Source: an uncultured Eubacteriales bacterium (GTDB taxonomy: Bacteria > Bacillota > Clostridia > Oscillospirales > Acutalibacteraceae). From it: a DNA stretch of 64,000 nt. A model generated the notes under the pieces. The model made no database searches. It was not told where the DNA came from and worked only from the letters and a program-made list of their open reading frames with translations. A program made the translations under genes and the position numbers. The DNA is taken from positions 7,983 to 71,982 of the forward strand of contig CAZMAM010000003.1 of the NCBI GenBank assembly GCA_964564305.1. Direction: 5' to 3'. Shown here in pieces: positions 18,724 to 26,658 of this stretch (the stretch's first letter is position 1; the number at the start of each line of letters is the position of its first letter).

Positions 18724-19980
18724 TCAATCGGTGTGCTCGGGTGCCTCGGGTGCCTTTTTGGTTACGGAGATTTCCAGCAGGCGTTTTCCGTCGGTTTTGG
18801 TCACGGTAACGGTGTGTTCACCGCAGGTGAATGTATCGCCGACATCGGGAACCCGGCCTAACTGTTCCATGACCCATCCGCTGACGGTAGCGCTCTCGCT
18901 TTCGCCCTTCCAATCGAAAAAAGAAAAACAGTCCTGCAGATCTGTGCTTCCCCGTACCAAATAGGTCCGGTCATCCGCTTTATGAATATCTTCCACTATT
19001 TTATCATGTTCGTCCCAAATTTCTCCGACTAATTCTTCCAGAATATCTTCCATGGTCACGATGCCCACCGTTCCGCCGTATTCATCCGCAATGACCGCCA
19101 TATGCGATTGCTCTTTTTGAAGCAGGCGGAGAAGGTCATCCACTTTCATGGTCGGGGCAATAAACGGAAGAGGTTTGATAACGGACGCGCAGTTTCCGTC
19201 GGGATAAACGCCGGTGTAAAAATCCTTCAGATGAATCACGCCAATGATATTGTCGATGGTGCCGTCATAGACCGGAAGGCGGGAATATCCCGTTTCGGCA
19301 AATGCGTTCGCCACCGTCTGATTGGTGGCGTTCTTTTCGATGGCCGTCACATCCACACGCGGAGTGACAATATCCTGTGCGCACAAGTCGCCAAAGGTGA
19401 TGGCGCTGCGAATCAGCTCACTCTCTTCCGCATCGATACCGCCGTCCTGCTGTGCCTCTTTGACGATGGTCAGCAATTCCCGTTCCGTAATGGAAGGCGA
19501 TTCCTTTACGTGAACAATTTTACGAAGCATTTTTTTCCATAACCCGAACAGAAAATTAATCGGGGTAAGCAAAACGGTCAGTACCCGCATAATGGGAGCC
19601 GCAAACATGGCAAAATGCTCCGGCGATTCCTTGGCAAGGCTCTTTGGCGTGATTTCGCCGAAAATCAGCACAACAACGGTGGTAACCAAGGTGGATACGG
19701 TTGCGCCGATATCGCCCAGAAGCTGCAGGAACATCGCGGTTGCCATGGCCGTAAGGGTGATATTGACAATGTTGTTGCCCACCAATATGGTGGAGAGCAG
19801 ACGGTCAAAATCTTCCGATAGGCGCAAAACCAGCGCGGCGCGTTTGTTACCGCCCTCCGCCAGATTTTTCATGCGGATACGGTTTAGAGAAGAAAAGGCA
19901 ATTTCCGTTGCGGAAAAAAAGCCGGACATGACAACCAGCGCGATCATCACGATTATCGCGCCGATTCTGTTGCTGTCCAT
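18724..19980 (-). CDS. CNNM/CorC-type hemolysin-family protein (DUF21 TM domain + CBS pair + CorC_HlyC)
   Basis: The N-terminal 4-TM region carries FFSATEIAFSSLN. The protein also has a CBS region and a C-terminal transporter-associated domain. Confidence 0.85.
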   Translation of the reverse strand: MDSNRIGAIIVMIALVVMSGFFSATEIAFSSLNRIRMKNLAEGGNKRAALVLRLSEDFDRLLSTILVGNNIVNITLTAMATAMFLQLLGDIGATVSTLVTTVVVLIFGEITPKSLAKESPEHFAMFAAPIMRVLTVLLTPINFLFGLWKKMLRKIVHVKESPSITERELLTIVKEAQQDGGIDAEESELIRSAITFGDLCAQDIVTPRVDVTAIEKNATNQTVANAFAETGYSRLPVYDGTIDNIIGVIHLKDFYTGVYPDGNCASVIKPLPFIAPTMKVDDLLRLLQKEQSHMAVIADEYGGTVGIVTMEDILEELVGEIWDEHDKIVEDIHKADDRTYLVRGSTDLQDCFSFFDWKGESESATVSGWVMEQLGRVPDVGDTFTCGEHTVTVTKTDGKRLLEISVTKKAPEAPEHTD

Positions 19981-20098
19981 GAAAACAGTTCCTTTCCGAT
20001 TTGGTTCACTTTCAGTGCTTGTTCATATTCTGTCAAGAAAAGAAAAAGACGCCCGCAGACGGTACATTGCCTATTCGTTGCTGCCTCGGGCGCCGGTC

Positions 20099-20761
20099 TC
20101 AGTACCCCGTTTCCTCCCCGACAAAAATTACTTTAATGCGCCCCGCCTGGCGCTGACGGGCAGAAATCAGATAATTTACGCATATGCGATCGTCCTGTGC
20201 GCATCCTAAGGTCATACCGCCGTCCAATCCCGCGCATTTTCCCGTTTGGGCACAATAGGTGTCGCAGTGCAGCCGCCGGGCATTTTGGGGCGCGGCGACC
20301 GTTTTTACGCGGTCAATGGCGCTGTTGAGATCCAAAACCAGTTTTTGAATCCCGACTACCATGATTACCGATTTCGGTCCGTAGGCGATGGCGGCAATAC
20401 GGTTGCTGTTGCCGTCTACATTGTACAGTTCTCCCCGCATGGTGACCGCGTTGCAGGAGCACAGATAGGCGTCAGCCCAAAAGCTGTCGCGATAAATTTT
20501 TTCGATTTGGTCGCGAGTGAGGCCCGCTTTTCCGCGGTCGAGAAAGCGGTATTTTCCGCTGCGCAACAAATCCATGACACCGCATTCCTCCAAGGTTACG
20601 GATCCGCCTGCAGCAACCGTATCTCCTTCGTGCAGAAGGGACGCGACTGCGGCGGGAACCTCTGCTTTGGTGGGTACAAACCGGCTGCTGATGCGGTTGC
20701 GCTCCAATGCGTTCATGGTTGTTTCTACTTTTCGGGGAATCCTTTCCTCCGATTCGTTCAT
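20099..20761 (-). CDS. LUD-domain (lactate-utilisation LutC/YkgG-like) protein
   Basis: Length and sequence pattern match the LUD/DUF162 family (GGSVTLEECG..., NAVTMRGELYNVDGNSNR, CxxC-rich C-terminus). Confidence 0.65.
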   Translation of the reverse strand: MNESEERIPRKVETTMNALERNRISSRFVPTKAEVPAAVASLLHEGDTVAAGGSVTLEECGVMDLLRSGKYRFLDRGKAGLTRDQIEKIYRDSFWADAYLCSCNAVTMRGELYNVDGNSNRIAAIAYGPKSVIMVVGIQKLVLDLNSAIDRVKTVAAPQNARRLHCDTYCAQTGKCAGLDGGMTLGCAQDDRICVNYLISARQRQAGRIKVIFVGEETGY

Positions 20762-21204
20762 TTTCCCTTTCCTTCTTCCATTTCGGTAATGATATTCAGT
20801 CGTCTCTGATGCCGTCCGCCGTCGAAGGGGGTGGTCAGAAAAACCGTGACAATTTTATTGGCCATTTCCGTTCCGATGGTTCTTGCGCCGAGCGCCAGCA
20901 TATTGGCATTGTTATGCCGGCGGGAAAGCTCCGCGCTGAACGGTTCACTGCACAGGGCGCAGCGAATGCCCTTGACTTTATTGGCGGTAATCGACATGCC
21001 GATTCCGGTACCGCAAATCACAATTCCGCGATCGCATTCTCCGCTTGCTACTGCTGTTGCCGCCCGTTGGGCAAATACCGGATAATCGCAGCTTTGATCG
21101 GAGTCCGTTCCGAAATCGCGATAGGGTAAGCCCATCTCGTTCAGCAGGGATTCCACCGCCTGCTTCATCGGCAGCGCGGTGTGATCGCAGGCCACAGCGA
21201 TCAT
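20758..21204 (-). CDS. rpiB: Ribose-5-phosphate isomerase B
   Basis: MIAVACDH...GIVICGTGIGMSITANK...GGRHQRR is the RpiB/LacAB signature. Confidence 0.9.
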   Translation of the reverse strand: MIAVACDHTALPMKQAVESLLNEMGLPYRDFGTDSDQSCDYPVFAQRAATAVASGECDRGIVICGTGIGMSITANKVKGIRCALCSEPFSAELSRRHNNANMLALGARTIGTEMANKIVTVFLTTPFDGGRHQRRLNIITEMEEGKGK

Positions 21205-21270
21205 AATCAGACCGACTTCCTTTCCGACAGTTTTTTACCGCATGCTTCGGGTATACGGAAGTATGATGTA

Positions 21271-22155
21271 TCAATGAATTGTATGTTTCGGTGTCTCCGG
21301 GCTTTGGAAAAGTGCCTTCTCAATTAATTGATTTTGTTCGGTCTCGGAAAGCGCTCCAAAGCGGTTAAACAGGGCAAGATATTCTTCATCGCCGTTGGAG
21401 CCGTAAATTGGGGAAACGGTGAGATCCTGCAGGTACAGGCCATGCCCCGCCGCGTTATTTGCAATGTTTTGGATGATTCCGGGTAGCAGCGCTTTATCCC
21501 GCAATATGCCGTTTTTTCCCAAATTTTTTCGCGGTGCCTCAAACTGAGGTTTAATCAAGGTGACCAGTTCGCCCTCTTCGCTTAAAATTTGATCGATGGC
21601 GCCAAACAATTTGCAGAGGGAAATAAACGATACATCCGCGGTGACCATATCGCACGCTTCGCCCAAATTCTCCCGAGTGAGATAGCGGGCGTTGGTGCGT
21701 TCTATCGGTGTTACCCGGCTGTCGCAGCGAAGTTTCCAATCCAATATGCCGTAGGCAACATCCACCGCCCAAACACGGGCGGCGCTGTGTTGCAACAGGC
21801 AATCGGTAAATCCGCCGTTTGAAGCGCCGATATCGCAAATTTTTTTGCCCGCCACATTCAGCGAAAAGGTTTTCAGGGCTTTTTCCAGCTTGTATCCGGA
21901 ACGGGAAGCGTATTGTTTTTGACGGGAGCGCAAACTCAGCGCGGATTGCTCATTGACCGGCGTTCCGGGCTTATCGGTAAGTACGCCGTCGACCAAAACG
22001 CGGCCCTCCATAATCAGCGCCGCAGCGCGGGATTCGGGTATATCCCACCGAAGGGACGCCAATTTATCCAACCGAACGGACACCGTTTCACCCCGCTTGC
22101 GCTCGTTTCGTTTCCGTTTTGCCCCTTTTTCAGTTTTTGACGGGGCCATCGGCAA
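21271..22155 (-). CDS. tlyA: TlyA-family rRNA 2'-O-methyltransferase (S4 + FtsJ-like)
   Basis: S4-like VRLDKL...GRVLVDG is followed by the SAM motif DIGASNGGFTDCLL. TTG 22155 lies 9 nt after GGAGGG; GTG 22083 is an alternative start. Confidence 0.8.
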   Translation of the reverse strand: MPMAPSKTEKGAKRKRNERKRGETVSVRLDKLASLRWDIPESRAAALIMEGRVLVDGVLTDKPGTPVNEQSALSLRSRQKQYASRSGYKLEKALKTFSLNVAGKKICDIGASNGGFTDCLLQHSAARVWAVDVAYGILDWKLRCDSRVTPIERTNARYLTRENLGEACDMVTADVSFISLCKLFGAIDQILSEEGELVTLIKPQFEAPRKNLGKNGILRDKALLPGIIQNIANNAAGHGLYLQDLTVSPIYGSNGDEEYLALFNRFGALSETEQNQLIEKALFQSPETPKHTIH

Positions 22156-22249
22156 AAAACAAAGCCCTCCTTCGCAAGCATCCGCAAATCAACGGCAAAA
22201 TACATTATGCGAAATCGGGCATTGCCTTATTGCCTTCCTTACTTTTGAC

Positions 22250-23563
22250 TTACTCTTGGGTGTCGACTTTTTCGAAATTTTTCGGATCACACATGGAAAT
22301 TGCGCGATCGTTAAAAGTGACGGTCAGCGCGTCTGCCGTTTCCTGAACTTCTTTATCGAATTCCTCGAATTTTAAGCCGTAAATACAGTGTTCATGCTCG
22401 TCCTCATAATATCCTTCTCCGCCCTGTTCTTCCACATTCAGGCGCAAAACCAGCGCAGCTGTGGGTGAACCGTTGGTGGGCGTATATTCAATAACTTGGG
22501 CGGTGTTCTCCGGAATTTTTTGCACCGCTTCCACTACGGCTTTGTCTCCTTCCACCGAATTGACCATCTGTAAATCCGGATCTTTTTCTTCTTCCTCTTC
22601 TTCTTCTTCATCGTTTTCGTCTGAGGACCCGGTGGTTGTCGTGGATGCGCTGCTGTCTTGGTTTGCGGTGGCGGTGGTTTCATCGGTTGCCGAGGCGGAG
22701 GCGGACGCGGCGGTCGTATTTGTGGCAGACGCCGAGGCGGTTGTCGTGCTTGTAGACGATGTGGCCGTGGTACTCGTGGAAGACGTTGTACCGGCGCCTG
22801 CGGAATCCGGATCCTCCGCTTCCTCTTCTGCTTCTTTGTCGGCGTTATACTGTGCGATAACGGCGGAGAAATCGCCGGATTTCTTATATTGCTCCAAATA
22901 AGTGTTCAGTTTGTCCTTTTGCGCTTTTTTATCCGCATCGGACATTTCATTTCCCTCGGAATCGGTCAGGGTAATGGAAATGGCCTTGAAAGCAACATAA
23001 TTGTCATCGAAGAATTTACGAATATCTTCTTTGGGTATTTCACGTTCTCCGCCCTCATCGTAAAGCCCGTAAAATAAGCTTTGCTCTTCGATGTTTGCCG
23101 CAATATACATATTTTTGTAATGCTCTTTATTGAATCCGTAGCGGAGCATGTCGCTTTCGCGGTAATCACTCATGCTCTCATTAAATGTCTTCAGCGCTTC
23201 TTCGTCGATCGGAACGTTGTATTTTGCCATTAAATTTTTCACGGCTTTTTGGCGAACGATGCCGTCTTTGGTGATTTGCACCAGATAATCGGCCAGTTTC
23301 ATGGAAATTGCGGTGTCCCCTTCGCCGTAATTCATGGTCTGTTCCCAAGGATCCATACCGTACTGAGCGTATTGATACAGCCCGCTGTTGTAGTAGATAT
23401 TATAATAGTTGTTATATAAATTGGCCAGATATTCGCCGGTGGAATAATCCGTTCCGTCTACCGTCATTGCGTTTTCGGGGGTAGAACAGCCGGCACACAG
23501 CAGCATGGCACAGGCAAACACCGCCGCCAATAGCCGGTTTCCGATTTTTTGAATGCTTTTCAT
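22250..23563 (-). CDS. Lipoprotein with a SurA-N-like chaperone region and an extreme Ser/Thr/Ala and poly-Glu low-complexity tract
   Basis: The lipobox is LLCAGC. About 70 aa are S/T/A-rich, followed by DENDEEEEEEEEKD. Confidence 0.6.
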   Translation of the reverse strand: MKSIQKIGNRLLAAVFACAMLLCAGCSTPENAMTVDGTDYSTGEYLANLYNNYYNIYYNSGLYQYAQYGMDPWEQTMNYGEGDTAISMKLADYLVQITKDGIVRQKAVKNLMAKYNVPIDEEALKTFNESMSDYRESDMLRYGFNKEHYKNMYIAANIEEQSLFYGLYDEGGEREIPKEDIRKFFDDNYVAFKAISITLTDSEGNEMSDADKKAQKDKLNTYLEQYKKSGDFSAVIAQYNADKEAEEEAEDPDSAGAGTTSSTSTTATSSTSTTTASASATNTTAASASASATDETTATANQDSSASTTTTGSSDENDEEEEEEEEKDPDLQMVNSVEGDKAVVEAVQKIPENTAQVIEYTPTNGSPTAALVLRLNVEEQGGEGYYEDEHEHCIYGLKFEEFDKEVQETADALTVTFNDRAISMCDPKNFEKVDTQE

Positions 23564-23669
23564 GTGTGGTTTCCTCCCTGAAAGCGGCCGTAAACGCCGC
23601 TGTCAACTGTACATACCCGCTTATTATACATGAATTCACATGATTTGTAAACCCACCTTCAACGAATTT

Positions 23670-25295
23670 TCAAGGTAACCGGGCAATGCCGCTTTCACCG
23701 AGTTCCAGTACCGTTTCCGCACAGCGGATTCCGTCTGCGGCGGCGGACATAATTCCTCCCGCATATCCGGAGCCTTCCCCGCAGGGAAAGAGACCTTTTA
23801 CAGAAGAACAGCCGTATTCGTCGCGCGGAAAGCGCACCGGGGAGGAACTTCGGGATTCCACACCTGTGAGTACGGCGTCATACCTGTCGAAGCCTTTCAT
23901 TTTCCGGCCGAATATCGTCAGCGCCGCCGCAAGTGAAGCAGATACCGATTCGGGCAGACAAAGCCGCAAATCGGAAGGGGTTACGCTCGGACGGTAGGAA
24001 GGGACGATATCACCCATATGTGTGCTCGGTTTACCCAAAAGAAAATCTCCCACCAATTGCACCGGTGTGCGAAAGCCCCCTCCGCCTAAAGAAAATGCCG
24101 CTGCCTCCATTTTTTCCTGAAACTCGATCCCCGCTAAAGGGTGATCGCTTTCCAAATCGTCCGGTCCGATTCCGCAAAGAAGCGCACTGTTGGAATTTTC
24201 TCCGCCTCGGGCAAAGGTGCTCATCCCGTTGGTGACAACGGTTTTGTCTTGGGATGCGGCGGGAATTACCGTGCCGCCCGGGCACATGCAAAAGGTAAAT
24301 ACGCCGCGGTCGTTCGGCAGATGACAGGACAGTTTGTAATCGGCTGCCGAAAGCGCTGAATTTCCCGCAAATTTTCCGTACCGAATTCGATCGATCATCT
24401 TCCTGGGGTGCTCGATGCGAACGCCTACCGCAAAGGGCTTTTGCCGGATCTTTATACCGGAATCCGCCAGCATCCGAACGGTATCCCGGGCGCTGTGACC
24501 GATGGCCAAAATGCAAACGGAGCAGGGAATTTCCCGCTCTTCCTCTCCGGAACCGGTTTTTGAAACAACCCGAACGGCTGTGAGGGCTCTGCCGTTTCGG
24601 ACAATTCCGGTCAGTTTGGAATAAAAACGTATTTCTCCGCCGAGAGAAAGAATCTCCGCTTTCAAATTCAGAAGGATTCGGCACAGCCTGTCGGTTCCAA
24701 GATGCGGTCTTGCCTGCCAGAGGATATCCGGGGCGTCTCCCGCTGAAGCGAAGATTTCCAAAACGGCACGGCAACGTGGATCGTTAATGCCGGTGTACAG
24801 TTTTCCATCCGAAAAAGTACCGGCTCCCCCTTCGCCAAACTGGATATTGGCGTCACCGTTCAGTACTCCCGTCTGCATCATTTGCCGTACTGCCTGTATG
24901 CGTTCATGAACCGGCGCCCCGCGTTCGATTACAAGGGGTTTGGCCCCTGCCCGTGCCAAAGTAAGTGCGGCGAACAGCCCGGCGGGGCCGGATCCGACGA
25001 TTACCGGCCGCGCGGTCAGGCGGTTCTTTTGGGGAAACACAAAGGGATGCGGCGTATATATGGCGGCGGTGCCGGGATGGGCCCGTTTGACTGCCGCCGC
25101 TTCATTTCCTTTCATCGTCACATCCAGTGTTGCCGTAAAATGAACATCGTTTCGGTTTCGTGCGTCCACCGCCCGCTTGACCAGTACGCAGGATTGAATT
25201 TGCTCGGCGGTTGTCTTCAACGCTTTGGCGGCGAAAACGGTCAGCGGTGTATCTTCGTAATGTAACGGAAGGCGGATGTCTTTCAGCCGGATCAT
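23670..25295 (-). CDS. FAD-dependent oxidoreductase (COG2509-like)
   Basis: The dinucleotide fold is VIVGSGPAGLFAAL. ATG 25295 overlaps the stop of the upstream gene (ATGA). The longer track ORF is rejected as an N-terminal over-extension. Confidence 0.8.
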   Translation of the reverse strand: MIRLKDIRLPLHYEDTPLTVFAAKALKTTAEQIQSCVLVKRAVDARNRNDVHFTATLDVTMKGNEAAAVKRAHPGTAAIYTPHPFVFPQKNRLTARPVIVGSGPAGLFAALTLARAGAKPLVIERGAPVHERIQAVRQMMQTGVLNGDANIQFGEGGAGTFSDGKLYTGINDPRCRAVLEIFASAGDAPDILWQARPHLGTDRLCRILLNLKAEILSLGGEIRFYSKLTGIVRNGRALTAVRVVSKTGSGEEEREIPCSVCILAIGHSARDTVRMLADSGIKIRQKPFAVGVRIEHPRKMIDRIRYGKFAGNSALSAADYKLSCHLPNDRGVFTFCMCPGGTVIPAASQDKTVVTNGMSTFARGGENSNSALLCGIGPDDLESDHPLAGIEFQEKMEAAAFSLGGGGFRTPVQLVGDFLLGKPSTHMGDIVPSYRPSVTPSDLRLCLPESVSASLAAALTIFGRKMKGFDRYDAVLTGVESRSSSPVRFPRDEYGCSSVKGLFPCGEGSGYAGGIMSAAADGIRCAETVLELGESGIARLP

Positions 25296-26539
25296 TTGGA
25301 TACCTCCCGTATCATCGCTTGAGCAGCCGTATACGCACTTGCCCATGCCCAATGCAGATTATATCCTCCGCAGTCCCCGTCCACATTCAGAATTTCCCCT
25401 GCGGCGTACACATGCCGGCAGAGCTTGGAACGCATGGTCAAAGGATCAAACTGGGAAGTTTCTATTCCGCCTGCTGTTGCCTGAGCGGTTGCCCATCCTA
25501 AGGTTCCGGAAATCGGTATGTTGAATTTTTTCAGTGCGTTTGCGATGATGCGGCATTCGGCAGCCGATAAATTCTTCGCCGGGGTATTCAAAGAAATTCC
25601 GGAGGCCTTTACCAGCATTTGTCCTAATCGGGTTTGGACGAGTCCTGTGAGCAGATGTTCTCCCGTTCGCCCGGGTAAAGCGCACCGCCGCTTTATTTCT
25701 TCATGAGTTTCCCGAAAGGAAAGTTGGGGCAGAAAATCAATCGAAAGGCTCACATTTCCCTGTTTTTTCCTTTCCCAATCGGCAACATCCCGCCCTAATT
25801 CCATGGCCGCAGGTCCGGAAAGTCCGTCGTCGGTAAACAGCACTTCGCCTTTGGCGGTGCGTATGAGTTTTTCGTTCAGCGTTAAGCAAAGCGATGCCTG
25901 TACCCGTACCCCTTTGACTGCACGCAGCGGGTGCTCGAACTTCAGAGGTACTAAAGCGGGAAATAGGGGGCTTTTTGTGTGACCCAATGCCGTCAGTAAA
26001 GAAAATCCGTCCGTTCCCCCGCCGAGTTTCGGGGAAGCCGCCCCGCCGCAGGCAACAAGCGCCGCCTTGGCTGTCAGGGTTTCTTCTCCCGCTTGCAGGA
26101 TGACTCCGGACGAGGAGGGAATGATGGCGGTAACCGGTGTTTTGCACCGTACGGGCACTTCCCGTGCCGACAGCGCCAGGCGAAGCCCGTCCAGTACGGC
26201 CGAGCTTTGAGCACAAATCGGATAAATCCGGCCGTCTTCCCGAGGCGCACAAAGAATACCCAGCGAAGAAAAAAAGGAGATAGCGTCATCGGGAGAAAAT
26301 TTTTCCAGCACCGGAGCCACAAAAGACGGCGGTGCGCCGTGGTAACGGGCGGCGGACATGCGGATGTTGGAAAGATTGCAGGTTCCGCTTCCGCTGGCCA
26401 GCAATTTTCTTCCGACCCTGTCGCCTTTTTCAAAAACGATTACACGGCGGCCGCCCAAAGCCTCGGCGCACCGAACCGCTGCCGCAAGACCCGCCGCTCC
26501 GCCGCCGATAACCGCCACATCTGCCGCCATACCGAACAT
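25292..26539 (-). CDS. HI0933/BaiN-like (aminoacetone-oxidase family) flavoprotein
   Basis: VAVIGGGAAGLAAA, the SGSGTCNLSN motif, and C-terminal GGYNLHWAWASA. Confidence 0.8.
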   Translation of the reverse strand: MFGMAADVAVIGGGAAGLAAAVRCAEALGGRRVIVFEKGDRVGRKLLASGSGTCNLSNIRMSAARYHGAPPSFVAPVLEKFSPDDAISFFSSLGILCAPREDGRIYPICAQSSAVLDGLRLALSAREVPVRCKTPVTAIIPSSSGVILQAGEETLTAKAALVACGGAASPKLGGGTDGFSLLTALGHTKSPLFPALVPLKFEHPLRAVKGVRVQASLCLTLNEKLIRTAKGEVLFTDDGLSGPAAMELGRDVADWERKKQGNVSLSIDFLPQLSFRETHEEIKRRCALPGRTGEHLLTGLVQTRLGQMLVKASGISLNTPAKNLSAAECRIIANALKKFNIPISGTLGWATAQATAGGIETSQFDPLTMRSKLCRHVYAAGEILNVDGDCGGYNLHWAWASAYTAAQAMIREVSK

Positions 26540-26614
26540 TCCCCCTTTTCGCGCAGTACTTTATCATACCGTCCCAAAAAAGTCAAATCCGACTCTTCCC
26601 TTTGTCCGATTTAT

Positions 26615-26623
26615 ATGGTATAC
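26615..26623 (+). promoter_or_regulatory. Extended -10 element TGGTATACT upstream of the ATPase-like gene
   Basis: TGnTATACT lies about 35 nt upstream of ATG 26659. Confidence 0.35.
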
Positions 26624-26658
26624 TGGATACGGCTATAGGTAAAGGGGCTGGAAATTCG

